DNA of 64,000 nucleotides, taken from an uncultured Acidobacteriota bacterium (lineage in GTDB: Bacteria > Acidobacteriota > Blastocatellia > RBC074). A program made the position numbers and the translations under genes. Positions 45,569-54,948 of this stretch are shown here, one piece after another; the first letter of the stretch is position 1, and each line of letters starts with the position of its first letter. The stretch lies in the NCBI GenBank assembly GCA_963796275.1, contig CAWCKY010000003.1, forward strand, positions 288,001 through 352,000, written 5' to 3'. The notes below the pieces were generated by a model, which saw nothing but the letters and a program-made list of their open reading frames with translations, was not told where the DNA came from and made no database searches.

Positions 45569-45735
45569 CGGAAGCCATTCCTCATCGATCGGGAAGTCAC
45601 GCTAGGGAATTGAATCCCTAGCTATCACCCTTCACCGAATCTCACACAGCAAAATCATTGCAAACACAGGATCGACTGGCAGGCCGCGGCGGCGGCGTGT
45701 TGTGGTCCAGGCCTTGCCTTACTGAAGACCGGTTA
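45569..45735 (+). promoter_or_regulatory. Sigma-54 promoter (45703-45718) with palindromic enhancer (45601-45622) for the gvp operon
   Basis: TGGTCCAGGCCTTGCC fits GG-N10-GC; GCTAGGGAAT-tg-AATCCCTAGC; collinear with 28421-28585. Confidence 0.75.
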
Positions 45736-45786
45736 GCCAGGACACTCCCTGCCTGGCCGCGATATTTTATTTTGAAAGGAGAGGTA

Positions 45787-46060
45787 ATGATGGCGAATGT
45801 AGCCAGAATCTTCTATTGAATCTCCCAACCTGGCGGAGATGCTCGAACGCATCCTGGACAAGGGTATAGTGATTGATGCCTGGGTCAGGGTGACGTTGAT
45901 CGGGATCGAACTGCTCGCGGTGGAAGCGCGAGTGGTGATCACTTCGATCGACAGATATTTGCAATATGCTGAAGCTATCGGCCTCATAGTACCAGTGGCG
46001 CGGCCTCCGGTAATTGACACACCGGAACCGGCAGCGACACCGACACCAGCACCGGCATAA
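45787..46060 (+). CDS. gvpA: Major gas vesicle shell protein GvpA; apparent +1 frameshift at ~45808 (ORF intact from 45839)
   Basis: [36 protein letters not shown]...YL.YAEAIGL; strong RBS aaaggagagg before ATG 45787/45790. Confidence 0.92.
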
Positions 46061-46163
46061 ACCAGGCCATTAGCCATTGGTCATTGGCGGTAATGATGTT
46101 GAGACGCAATGACCAATGGCAGATGGAAAATGACAGATGACAAATGAAAAATGGAGGAGCCAT

Positions 46164-46922
46164 ATGCAGAGTGAAGCCGCTTTTCAGAACGGACAATATC
46201 TCTATGCCATTATTGGTAACAGACAAAAGCAGGAGTGGAACATCTGCGGCATCGATGGCAATGCCGTCCACAACATCACCGAAGGGGGGGTATCTGCTGT
46301 CGTCAGCGACATCTCCTACCAGCGGATACGCCAGGAACGCCGCCATCTAGCAGGCCATCGGCAGGTCCTCAAGCTCTTGATGGAAAAGACCACACTGCTC
46401 CCACTGCGCTTCGGAACGATCGCCGAGAACGCGGATGATGTGCGCCGCATCCTCTCTCTCAACGGGGAGCGATTCCTAGCCCAGTTGAACCGTGTGTCTG
46501 GTAAGGTGGAGATGGGGCTGCGCGTGAGATGGGATGTACCGAACGTCTTCGGATATTTCGTCACCCGGGAGCCGGAACTTCGCCACATGCGCGATCGATG
46601 TTTCGACGCAAAGGACCAACCCACAGAAAAAGATAAGATCGAGATCGGGCAGTACTTTGATCGTCTTCTCAACGGCGAGCGTGAGGTCTGCATGCGGCGA
46701 GTCGAGGAGATCATCGCCTGCTGCTGCGCGGAAATCAAATCGAATCCCTGCCGCAATGAGCGAGAGGTGATGAACCTCGCTTGCCTGGTAGAGCACGGCG
46801 CTAGCGCGGAGTTCGAGGCTGCCGTCATGGAGGCAGCTCGGCTCTTCAACGACGATTTTGCGTTCGACTATAACGGACCCTGGGCCCCACACAACTTCGT
46901 CGAACTCAACCTGGAACTTTGA
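46164..46922 (+). CDS. gvpF: Gas vesicle protein, GvpF/GvpL family
   Basis: YLYAII, H.QVL, LP.RFGTIA, GKVEMGL, GPWAPHNFV; GGAGG RBS. Confidence 0.88.
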   Translation: MQSEAAFQNGQYLYAIIGNRQKQEWNICGIDGNAVHNITEGGVSAVVSDISYQRIRQERRHLAGHRQVLKLLMEKTTLLPLRFGTIAENADDVRRILSLNGERFLAQLNRVSGKVEMGLRVRWDVPNVFGYFVTREPELRHMRDRCFDAKDQPTEKDKIEIGQYFDRLLNGEREVCMRRVEEIIACCCAEIKSNPCRNEREVMNLACLVEHGASAEFEAAVMEAARLFNDDFAFDYNGPWAPHNFVELNLEL

Positions 46923-46946
46923 AACAGGGGGGACCTCAGAAAGCTG

Positions 46947-47204
46947 ATGCTGCTCGTTGATGACATCCTGCTATCTCCTATCACCAGTTTCTTCTGGATA
47001 CTGCGGGAGATTGGAAAGGCCGCGCAACAAGAACTGGCCAGTGAGAGAGAGGCGGTCACTGCTGAATTGGGGTATCTGTATATGATGCTGGAGACCGGAA
47101 TGATAACCGATGCGGAGTTCGATGCGCGGGAGCATGAGTTGCTCGATCGACTCGATCAATTGCAGGGGCAGCCTGCTGAGGATGATTCAGAGGAAACGAG
47201 TTGA
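46947..47204 (+). CDS. gvpG: Gas vesicle protein GvpG
   Basis: MLLVDDILLSP...WI...LE.G.ITDAEFD.RE.ELLDRL. Confidence 0.88.
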   Translation: MLLVDDILLSPITSFFWILREIGKAAQQELASEREAVTAELGYLYMMLETGMITDAEFDAREHELLDRLDQLQGQPAEDDSEETS

Positions 47205-47206
47205 GA

Positions 47207-49168
47207 ATGACCAATCGAACCACACCATTTTTTCTAACCAGTTGCGGGGCGCAGCTACTGTTCTTTGGAGGCAAAGGCGGTGTGGGCAAGACAACCTGTG
47301 CAAGCGCCACTGCGCTCCATTTTGCGAAAGCGGCCCCTGAAAGCTCTTTTATGCTGGTCTCGACCGACCCTGCGCACTCGCTCGCTGACAGCCTGGCGAA
47401 CACCGCCGTCCCCCCCAACCTGACTGTTCTCGAACTCGATCCGCAGCGGGCTCTGGCCGATTTCAAGGCCGAAAATGGTTGGAAACTGGAGGAGATCGCA
47501 CGACACGGCACCTTTCTCGATGATGACGACATACGGAAATTTCTCGATCTCTCGTTGCCCGGATTGGATGAGCTCATGGCTTTTCTGGAGATCACCCGGC
47601 ACGTCGAAGAGAAGGCCGGCCAGTATATCGTCATCGATACGGCTCCCACCGGGCATACTCTGCGACTGCTGGCGATCCCGGCTCTCATCCGTAAATGGCT
47701 GGCAGCGCTCGATACATTGTTGGCCAAGCACCGCTATATGAAAAAGATATTCAGCGGGACCTATCGGCGCGACGAGGTGGATCTTTTTTTGGCGTCGATG
47801 ATGGCCTCGCTCGAGCACATGAAGAATTTGCTGAGCGATCCGGATCGCTGCCGCTTTGTGCCTGTCATGCTTGCGGAAGCGCTGAGCGTCAGCGAAACGG
47901 TGGCGATGGTTCGTGAGCTGGAGAGTTTGAAAGTGCCGGTCGTCGAGATCGTCGTCAACAAGCTCTATCCCTCAAACCCATGCCCGGTCTGTACTGAAGG
48001 GCGAAGGCGACAGATGCGGGAACTGGAGAAGCTTCAAGCCCAGGATCTCTTGTCGGGGTATACATTCTGGGGCATGCCGCTCCACCCACGCGAAGTGCGG
48101 GGCGAGGAATCGCTCGGCACGTTCTGGGGAGACCTCACCGCCCTGACCGAGCCTGATCCCACCCCGTTCCGCCCGTCCGCGCCGGCCTCGCAACAGGTGG
48201 AAGTGGTCGATCAGGCTCCTTCGCCCATGGCTTCATTCTTGATCTTTGCCGGTAAGGGAGGTGTGGGCAAGACCTCGCTGGCCTGCGCGACGGCGCTCCA
48301 GCTGGCGAGCGGGCCTCAGGAGCGGAATATCCTGCTGGTCTCGACTGACCCAGCCCACTCCCTGGCTACCTGCCTGGCGGTTCCGATAGGACCCAGCTTG
48401 ACACGCCTGACCCCCGGGCTGGCGGCAATCGAGACAGATGCCGTGGCCGAGTTCCAGGCGCTGAAGACGGAGTATGCCGAAGAGGTTGAGCAATTTCTGG
48501 GCGCCTTGATGAATATGGATCGAATTGATCTGGTCTTCGATCGCCAGGTGATCGAACGCCTCTTGGACCTCTCACCGCCTGGCCTGGACGAAGTGATGGC
48601 CCTGACCCGGGTAATGGAGTTGATGGCGGAGGAGCGCTTCGATCTCCTGATCCTGGACTCGGCGCCGACCGGGCATCTGCTCCGTCTTCTGGAACTGCCG
48701 GAGGTGATCGATAAGTGGCTGAAAGTGATTTTCGAGTTGTTGCTCAAGTACAAACATCTCTTCCGTATGCCGAAACTTTCACGGCGATTGATCGAGATAT
48801 CTCGAAACCTCAAACGACTGCGCATCATGCTGCGCGATCCGGCCGGCGCAGCCCTCTATGCGGTCAGCATCCCAACCGAGATGGCATTCGAGGAGACCAG
48901 GGACCTGATCGCCGCCTGCAAGCGAATGGGCATAAGTGTCCCCGTGCTCTTCCTCAATCAGGCGACTCCTCCAAGCCAGTGCTCGCTCTGCTCGGCACTG
49001 TATGAGGAAGAGTCGACCGTCAGAGAGAAGTACCGGCAGGTTTTTACCAGCCGGCACCAGACCCTGGTCTATCGCTGCGGCGAGTTGTCCGGCATAGAAC
49101 AGCTGGGAGAGTTGGGAGCGGCGCTCTACCAACCTGAACTTAAGGATCGGAGGGCCGATGTTCTCTGA
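47207..49168 (+). CDS. Tandem-duplicated ArsA/GET3-family ATPase within the gvp operon
   Basis: Two copies each of GKGGVGK(T), STDPAHS, D(T/S)APTGH and a CxxC motif (CPVC, CSLC). Confidence 0.9.
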   Translation: MTNRTTPFFLTSCGAQLLFFGGKGGVGKTTCASATALHFAKAAPESSFMLVSTDPAHSLADSLANTAVPPNLTVLELDPQRALADFKAENGWKLEEIARHGTFLDDDDIRKFLDLSLPGLDELMAFLEITRHVEEKAGQYIVIDTAPTGHTLRLLAIPALIRKWLAALDTLLAKHRYMKKIFSGTYRRDEVDLFLASMMASLEHMKNLLSDPDRCRFVPVMLAEALSVSETVAMVRELESLKVPVVEIVVNKLYPSNPCPVCTEGRRRQMRELEKLQAQDLLSGYTFWGMPLHPREVRGEESLGTFWGDLTALTEPDPTPFRPSAPASQQVEVVDQAPSPMASFLIFAGKGGVGKTSLACATALQLASGPQERNILLVSTDPAHSLATCLAVPIGPSLTRLTPGLAAIETDAVAEFQALKTEYAEEVEQFLGALMNMDRIDLVFDRQVIERLLDLSPPGLDEVMALTRVMELMAEERFDLLILDSAPTGHLLRLLELPEVIDKWLKVIFELLLKYKHLFRMPKLSRRLIEISRNLKRLRIMLRDPAGAALYAVSIPTEMAFEETRDLIAACKRMGISVPVLFLNQATPPSQCSLCSALYEEESTVREKYRQVFTSRHQTLVYRCGELSGIEQLGELGAALYQPELKDRRADVL

Positions 49169-49430
49169 GGAATCTCTTCTGGAGAACCAGAAAAAAGAGG
49201 CGGAGCGGGACGCGCCAACCGCGCTGGTCTGTTCCGACACCGAGCGTGTCTCGCTCTGCGAACTCCTCGACCGAATCCTTAACAAGGGGGTGGTGATGGC
49301 GGGAGCAGTGACGATCTCAGTGGCGGACGTAGACCTGCTCTCCCTCGATCTGCGCATGGTTCTGACATCCGCCGCGATACTTAGCAAGAAGTGGCAGCCG
49401 GAGTCCGTAACAGTATCAGGTGATAAATGA
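49158..49430 (+). CDS. Gas vesicle protein, GvpA/J/S family
   Basis: SLCELLDRILNKGVV.AG.V.ISVADVDL..LDLR. Confidence 0.85.
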   Translation: MFSEESLLENQKKEAERDAPTALVCSDTERVSLCELLDRILNKGVVMAGAVTISVADVDLLSLDLRMVLTSAAILSKKWQPESVTVSGDK

Positions 49431-49792
49431 AACCGATCGAAGAACTCAGAGTCGAGTTTGAAACTGTCAGTGATTTTGCCCGCGTCATGCAGGCCGGAGC
49501 ACCGGCGGTGGCGACTACCTCACAGGCCGGTCCCCGGATCAACCTTGATCCCGATCAAGTCAAGAACGGGTTAGGCCAGTTGGTACTTACGCTGGTCAAA
49601 TTGCTGCATGAACTCTTGGAGCGCCAGGCCTTGCGGCGCATCGAAGCCGGTACTCTGACTCCGGACGAGATTGAGCGGATCGGGATGACTCTCATGAGAC
49701 AGACGGAGGAGATTAAACGTCTTCAGCGAGAGTTCGGCTTGAACGACGAAGACCTCAACCTCGACCTGGGGCCGCTTGGTACTCTGTTTTGA
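49427..49792 (+). CDS. gvpK: Gas vesicle protein GvpK
   Basis: GLGQLVLTLV.LLHELLERQA.RR...DLNLDLGPLG. Confidence 0.93.
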   Translation: MKPIEELRVEFETVSDFARVMQAGAPAVATTSQAGPRINLDPDQVKNGLGQLVLTLVKLLHELLERQALRRIEAGTLTPDEIERIGMTLMRQTEEIKRLQREFGLNDEDLNLDLGPLGTLF

Positions 49793-49922
49793 GGCAGGTT
49801 TCAGTTTTCAATCAAGTGATCTCGAGCGAAAACTGAGGAGTTACAACCTAAAACCTGAAACTGATAATTTGAAAAGACTTGAAACTGAAAACTGAAAACT
49901 GAAAACTGATAACTTATACAAG

Positions 49923-50249
49923 ATGCAAAATAAAGGCATATCACATTTTGGCCCGCCTTCCACCATGCAAATGTTTGATGTCCTGGAGCGCGTGCTGGAC
50001 AAAGGAGTCATCATTGCGGGTGATATCAGGATCAAGCTGATAGACGTCGAGCTACTCACTATTCAAATCCGGCTTGTGATCTGCTCCATCGATAAAGCCC
50101 GAGAGATAGGGATGGATTGGTGGGCTGACCACCCGCTCTTCAGCAACCGCCGAGAGGCGGAGTTGCAGGCAGCTACACTTGGCCGGATTGAAGAGAGATT
50201 AACGAAGCTGGAAGCCTCCCTGAAACACGCGCCTCACCGCGAGGAATGA
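49923..50249 (+). CDS. gvpJ: Gas vesicle protein GvpJ
   Basis: DVLERVLDKGVIIAGDI.I.L.DVELLTI.IRL...S.DKA.E.G.DWW. Confidence 0.88.
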   Translation: MQNKGISHFGPPSTMQMFDVLERVLDKGVIIAGDIRIKLIDVELLTIQIRLVICSIDKAREIGMDWWADHPLFSNRREAELQAATLGRIEERLTKLEASLKHAPHREE

Positions 50250-50296
50250 GCTTTCCTCTGTGTCTTTGTATTTTTTCGGATTCTCGTGGTTATTTG

Positions 50297-51604
50297 TTAT
50301 TTCTTCTTCGTCTCTTCTATCTTTTCAGTCAGCATCGCAACGAAATCTTCGCGCGGATTATAGCCGGCCTGGCGGAATGACACCTGCCCCTTACGATCGA
50401 GGATGATCGTTGTCGGAATCGAGGTTATGGCAAAAAAGTCATCGAGATATTCTGCATGTGAGACCGGAATATTGAATTTATATTGTTTCAGATACGGTGC
50501 GACGAGTTCTCTATCTTCGTCCGTCGTTAAAGCCAGAAAGACGACGTCTTTATCATCTTTAAATTTGGTGATGGTCTTCTCAAACAAAGGCAGCTCTGTC
50601 AAACACGGTCCGCACCATGTCGCCCAGAAATTTATGACTATAACCTTTCCGCGGTGATCGCTCATCTCCATGGTCGAGCCGTCGACCTTCGTCAGTTTGA
50701 ACAGGAGCGCATCTTTTACCCCTTCGTTCAGATTGGGCCGCTCGAGCATGGCCAGCCTCTCACTGCGGTCTTTGATAAAGGCATCATATGCATTTAGCAC
50801 CCGGTCGCCCAGCCCGGTTTCGGAGCCGTGCTTTGCGGTGTAGATCTCTGTCAGTTTTCTTCTAATCGCCTTCACATCGAGCTCTTCACCGGTAGCGAGC
50901 ACGATGGCAAACGCCTGCAGGTAATAATCAATCGCGCCGTCGGGGTTCTTACGCTTTTCGGCGATCTCGGCCAGCGTGATGGCCGCTCCCGCGAGCCGTG
51001 CCGTCCCGTAACTCTTGAGCAGATCAGCCTCCGCTTTTTCATAATTGTTCAGGTCGGAATGAACTTTGCCGCGCACCAGATAAACGGATGCGATGCCGCG
51101 CTCCTTGCGATCCTGCCATTGTGCCTGACTGATACGTTTAGGCTTGTTGTTTCCCGAGAGGATCGTTTCCACCTGCTTGACCAGCAGGTCTGCGTAGCCC
51201 AGAGCTTTGTTCAGATCGCCCTCCGCTTTTCGCTCCCGCAGCATTGTGACGAGGTTCGTCAGCACCTCAACGCTATCATCGTCGCCGGCGGAAAGTTTCT
51301 CGCCATACATAATTGCGCGATTGCGGTCGCGCACTTTTATGCTCAGCCGGTAAATCTGCCGTTCGATCTCGAAGCGGTGCGCGCTCTTGGGATATTTTTT
51401 CAGATATAGTTCGAGATTATCGATGATCCCGGTCTCGCTGCCACCCGAACTCTCGATTGCGCGCCGCAATTCGTCATCGGAATCTTCGGCATTCGCGCCG
51501 GGTTTGTCCGGACCCGCCTGCTGGGCATTTGCCGGAAGGTTAAATATCGCCGCGCCGAATAAACAGAGGATGAGTATATAAGTTTTCACGATCTTACACT
51601 CCAA
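50297..51604 (-). CDS. TPR plus TlpA-like thiol-disulfide oxidoreductase
   Basis: Signal peptide, helical repeats, NFWATWCGPC, IPTT. Confidence 0.85.
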   Translation of the reverse strand: MECKIVKTYILILCLFGAAIFNLPANAQQAGPDKPGANAEDSDDELRRAIESSGGSETGIIDNLELYLKKYPKSAHRFEIERQIYRLSIKVRDRNRAIMYGEKLSAGDDDSVEVLTNLVTMLRERKAEGDLNKALGYADLLVKQVETILSGNNKPKRISQAQWQDRKERGIASVYLVRGKVHSDLNNYEKAEADLLKSYGTARLAGAAITLAEIAEKRKNPDGAIDYYLQAFAIVLATGEELDVKAIRRKLTEIYTAKHGSETGLGDRVLNAYDAFIKDRSERLAMLERPNLNEGVKDALLFKLTKVDGSTMEMSDHRGKVIVINFWATWCGPCLTELPLFEKTITKFKDDKDVVFLALTTDEDRELVAPYLKQYKFNIPVSHAEYLDDFFAITSIPTTIILDRKGQVSFRQAGYNPREDFVAMLTEKIEETKKK

Positions 51605-51704
51605 TCGGATGCCTTACATTAAATTTTATCTACCATGCTGAAACATCAAGTGAGACTATGAAACAATCGAGATGGCGAAACAAACGAAATATGCCGGCCT
51701 TTCG

Positions 51705-52538
51705 TTAGTTTAGGCTTTTCTCATCCTTCCCGATCACACACATCAATCTTCCGACGGGTTTTCCCGCGCCATTTTCCTTGCGATAACTGAAGAACAGGTC
51801 ATTGCGGCACACTGTACACATGCCGCAATCGTAAATCCTATCAACCTGTACCCCGCAATCGATCAGTTGTCGTCTGTTCGCATATCTTATATCCAGATGA
51901 ACTTTGCCGTTCTCCTGGTGCTTCGAGATCAATTCATCGGCATATAGATATTTCTCGCGAAATTGAGCCATAACCTCGGGACCGACTTCAAAACAACATG
52001 ATGCGATAGCCGGTCCGAGAGCCGCGCGCAGGTCTTCGGCGCGCGTATCATAACTCATTTGCATCTGCTCTACGGTTCGTGCGAGGATGCCTGCGAGAGT
52101 GCCGCGCCAACCGGCATGGACGGCCGCAAATGCGCCGGTGCGCTCATCAGCGATAAGGATAGGGAGGCAATCGGCTGTTTGGGCTGCCAGCAACACGCGT
52201 TCAATGTCGCTCGTAAATGCGTCGCAGACCGGATGTTCGTGCCGGGCGTTTTCGGCGTCTCGAGCGTCGATGACGCGGCGAACGTTCGCGGAATGGATCT
52301 GCATTGCGGTAATGATAGGCCACCCTTCAGTCCCAAGCGCATCGAGGAACCTGCGGCGGTTTTCAATGACATATTCGCGCTCGTCCTTCCTGAAATTTCC
52401 CAGGTCGAGTGCGTCCGCGGGAAGAGGGCTGACGCCTCCTGATCGCGTGCTGAAGCCATTTATAAAACCGGCTTCCTTGATCGGGTCGCATACGAGCACT
52501 TGTAATTCCCCGTGTTTACGTAAAGTGAAATGATCCAT
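51705..52538 (-). CDS. pgeF: Peptidoglycan editing factor PgeF (YfiH family)
   Basis: FSTR.GGVS, QIHS, TADCLP, HAGWRG, GP.I..CCFEVG, FFSYR. Confidence 0.92.
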   Translation of the reverse strand: MDHFTLRKHGELQVLVCDPIKEAGFINGFSTRSGGVSPLPADALDLGNFRKDEREYVIENRRRFLDALGTEGWPIITAMQIHSANVRRVIDARDAENARHEHPVCDAFTSDIERVLLAAQTADCLPILIADERTGAFAAVHAGWRGTLAGILARTVEQMQMSYDTRAEDLRAALGPAIASCCFEVGPEVMAQFREKYLYADELISKHQENGKVHLDIRYANRRQLIDCGVQVDRIYDCGMCTVCRNDLFFSYRKENGAGKPVGRLMCVIGKDEKSLN

Positions 52539-52573
52539 CTCAGGTCTCGAACTACGAATCTAGAATCTTATTT

Positions 52574-52957
52574 ATGATCGTCGGTATTGGCGTGGACATC
52601 GTGGAAATCTCGCGCCTGGAGCGCGCGCTTGCTCAGCATGGTGAGCGATTTCGCGATCGCGTCTTCACGCCTCGTGAGATCGCCTATTGCGAGATCGTGG
52701 CGCACAGTGCCGAGCGTTATGCCACCCGTTTTGCCGCAAAGGAGGCCGCGCGGAAGGCAATCGGCGCCGCCACGCCCGTCGCCGCGCTCGCATGGCACGA
52801 CGTGGAGATAATAACATCAACTGAGGGCGCGCCGAAGCTGGAATTTCATGGGCGCGCCGCCGAACTTCTGGTACAGCTCAGGGTCACTCGCACGCACGTC
52901 ACACTTTCGCACGAGCGGCAACATGCAGTGGCGTTTGTAGTTTTAGCGAGCGAGTAG
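52574..52957 (+). CDS. acpS: Holo-ACP synthase
   Basis: GIGVDIVEI.R, RFAAKEA..KA, G.P, LSH. Confidence 0.95.
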   Translation: MIVGIGVDIVEISRLERALAQHGERFRDRVFTPREIAYCEIVAHSAERYATRFAAKEAARKAIGAATPVAALAWHDVEIITSTEGAPKLEFHGRAAELLVQLRVTRTHVTLSHERQHAVAFVVLASE

Positions 52958-52967
52958 GGGGAAGAAT

Positions 52968-53912
52968 ATGGCCGATTCCTTGATCGAAAAACGCAAGCTG
53001 AACTGGAAGCGTCTGGAAGAGCTGATCGGAGAGGCGCGAAGCGTTCGCGATCTGCGTAAATTGAGCCGTTACGAGGTGCGCGAGCTGGGGCGCAGCTATC
53101 GCCGCGCGGCTTCCGACCTGGCGATCGTCCGCGTCGAATCGCGCGACCAACGATTGATCAGCTACCTGAATAATCTGGTCATCCGCGCGCACGGCAAGAT
53201 CTATCGAACCGAATCGAAAGGGTTCCGCCATATCCGTGATTTCTATTGGCACGATTTCCCCGCGATTTTCCGGAGGACTTATCTTTATACGCTTGCCACA
53301 TTCGCAATTTTTCTGGCGATCGCCCTCTGTTCTTTCGTTGCAACCTGGCGCAACAACGATTTCGCCGATCATGCCTATGTGCCGCAGCACTTAGTCCAGA
53401 AGATCAAAAACAACCAGAGCTGGTGGGATGTTCTCAATAATCAGGCTCCGGTCGGAGCGGCTGAGATTATGGCCCGTAACATCGGAGTCAGTTTTATAGT
53501 ATTTGCGCTCAGCATCATCCCGGTGATAGGGACGGTCCATACTCTGATGCCGTCGGCCCTGCAATTCGGGGCGATAAATGCATTGATCGTCAAACATCGA
53601 ATGACCCTCAAGCTCTGGGGCTTTGTCAGCGGCCACGCCGTGCTGGAACTGATGGCGATCTTCATTGCCGGCGGCGCGGGACTCATGATCGGTCTGGCGT
53701 TGCTTGTGCCGGGCGAGAGGACGCGCCGTGAGTCGCTGGTTGAGCGCGGAACCGTGGCTATTAGGCTGATGGCCGGCTGCATTCCATTGCTCGTGATCGC
53801 CGGCTGCATCGAAGCCTTTATTTCTCCTCTGCCTATACATTATGGGTATAGATTTGCCGTATCGGCCGCGACAGCTATCGGGCTGATAGCGTATTTATTC
53901 AAAAAGAAATAG
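52968..53912 (+). CDS. SpoIIM (DUF95) family membrane protein
   Basis: W.RLE.L, YR..ASDLA, YLN.LV.RAH, H..LEL.AI, AG.IEAFISP. Confidence 0.85.
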   Translation: MADSLIEKRKLNWKRLEELIGEARSVRDLRKLSRYEVRELGRSYRRAASDLAIVRVESRDQRLISYLNNLVIRAHGKIYRTESKGFRHIRDFYWHDFPAIFRRTYLYTLATFAIFLAIALCSFVATWRNNDFADHAYVPQHLVQKIKNNQSWWDVLNNQAPVGAAEIMARNIGVSFIVFALSIIPVIGTVHTLMPSALQFGAINALIVKHRMTLKLWGFVSGHAVLELMAIFIAGGAGLMIGLALLVPGERTRRESLVERGTVAIRLMAGCIPLLVIAGCIEAFISPLPIHYGYRFAVSAATAIGLIAYLFKKK

Positions 53913-54083
53913 GCAAAAAGAAATAGGATTGAAGTCAGCTTCAGGATGAGCGGATTAAGTCAAGCAGGAACGCCGTGAGTATGAGGGTCCGATCCACGGT
54001 AAGCGACGCCCCTGGATGGTGGTAGGCGGTTAGCCAAGCCCTTAAATTCCAGATATGCGGACCGGATTGCAATTTACAATTTC

Positions 54084-54698
54084 TTAGTCGGTAACGGGGA
54101 TTCGATGATCCAATGCATTGCTGACGATGCGGGCTGCGGTCTCGCTGATGTGCGAGCGCCAGACTTTGCGGTCTTCCTCCTGGGCCCCGCTCAGCAGCAA
54201 CAACCGCTTAAGGATTTCGGTCGTGACGGCAACGAGGAATGCCCCCTGGGTGCCTTGCTGGCGTAATTGTTCGTTATCGCGGAGTGCGCGATCGCGCTCT
54301 CCTTCCTGCTCAAACCGCGGAATTTCACGATCGAGTATCTCGAAGGCGACGACTGCGGGTTTCTGTTTTCTGGCCGCGGCGAAGTCGGAAAGCCGAGAAC
54401 GTAATTCTGCGGTTAATGGAAGTTCGATAAGAGGAGACGCCATGCTCAGCGCATGAATGGCCTTTCTGTGGCGTAAAACGCGCGTCGCGATCACAAATAT
54501 GATCATCCAGTATAGGGTGAAGATGAGCCCTACGATGACCAGGTCCTTGAAGACCAGGCTATCTTTTCCGCTCAAGAAAAAGTAGATAACCGGAATCAGC
54601 GCCGGAATGATTATCAATAGTATCCGGTACCAGTTCCAGGGCGGTCCGCTCCTTCGGCCCTTATCTGCCTTTTTGTCGACGGCGTTGTTTTGTTCCAT
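54084..54698 (-). CDS. Hypothetical membrane protein
   Basis: 204-aa ORF with two N-terminal TM segments and an RBS-like AAGGA. Confidence 0.55.
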   Translation of the reverse strand: MEQNNAVDKKADKGRRSGPPWNWYRILLIIIPALIPVIYFFLSGKDSLVFKDLVIVGLIFTLYWMIIFVIATRVLRHRKAIHALSMASPLIELPLTAELRSRLSDFAAARKQKPAVVAFEILDREIPRFEQEGERDRALRDNEQLRQQGTQGAFLVAVTTEILKRLLLLSGAQEEDRKVWRSHISETAARIVSNALDHRIPVTD

Positions 54699-54948
54699 TT
54701 CGATTCCTTAGTGCCTCAGTCAAGTTCGGATATTATAACTCAATCCCCGAACTAGGCCAGTAGATGATTCATTTATCTCTACCGTGAGGCTTTTCGGAAA
54801 CGTGTCCCTGACAAATCGCGTCTCTGCTAGCGTCAGCAGCGATCGAAGAATCTTCAGACAGGGTTTATAGGATTTTTAGAATTTTTCCCAATCCTTTAAA
54901 TCCTGGAAAATCCTGTAAATCCTATCTAAATCTCTGAGGAGATAAACG

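Noticed and set aside
47207-49168. Arsenic resistance operon
   Set aside because: No arsB/acr3, arsC, arsD or arsR nearby; the gene is embedded in the gvp operon
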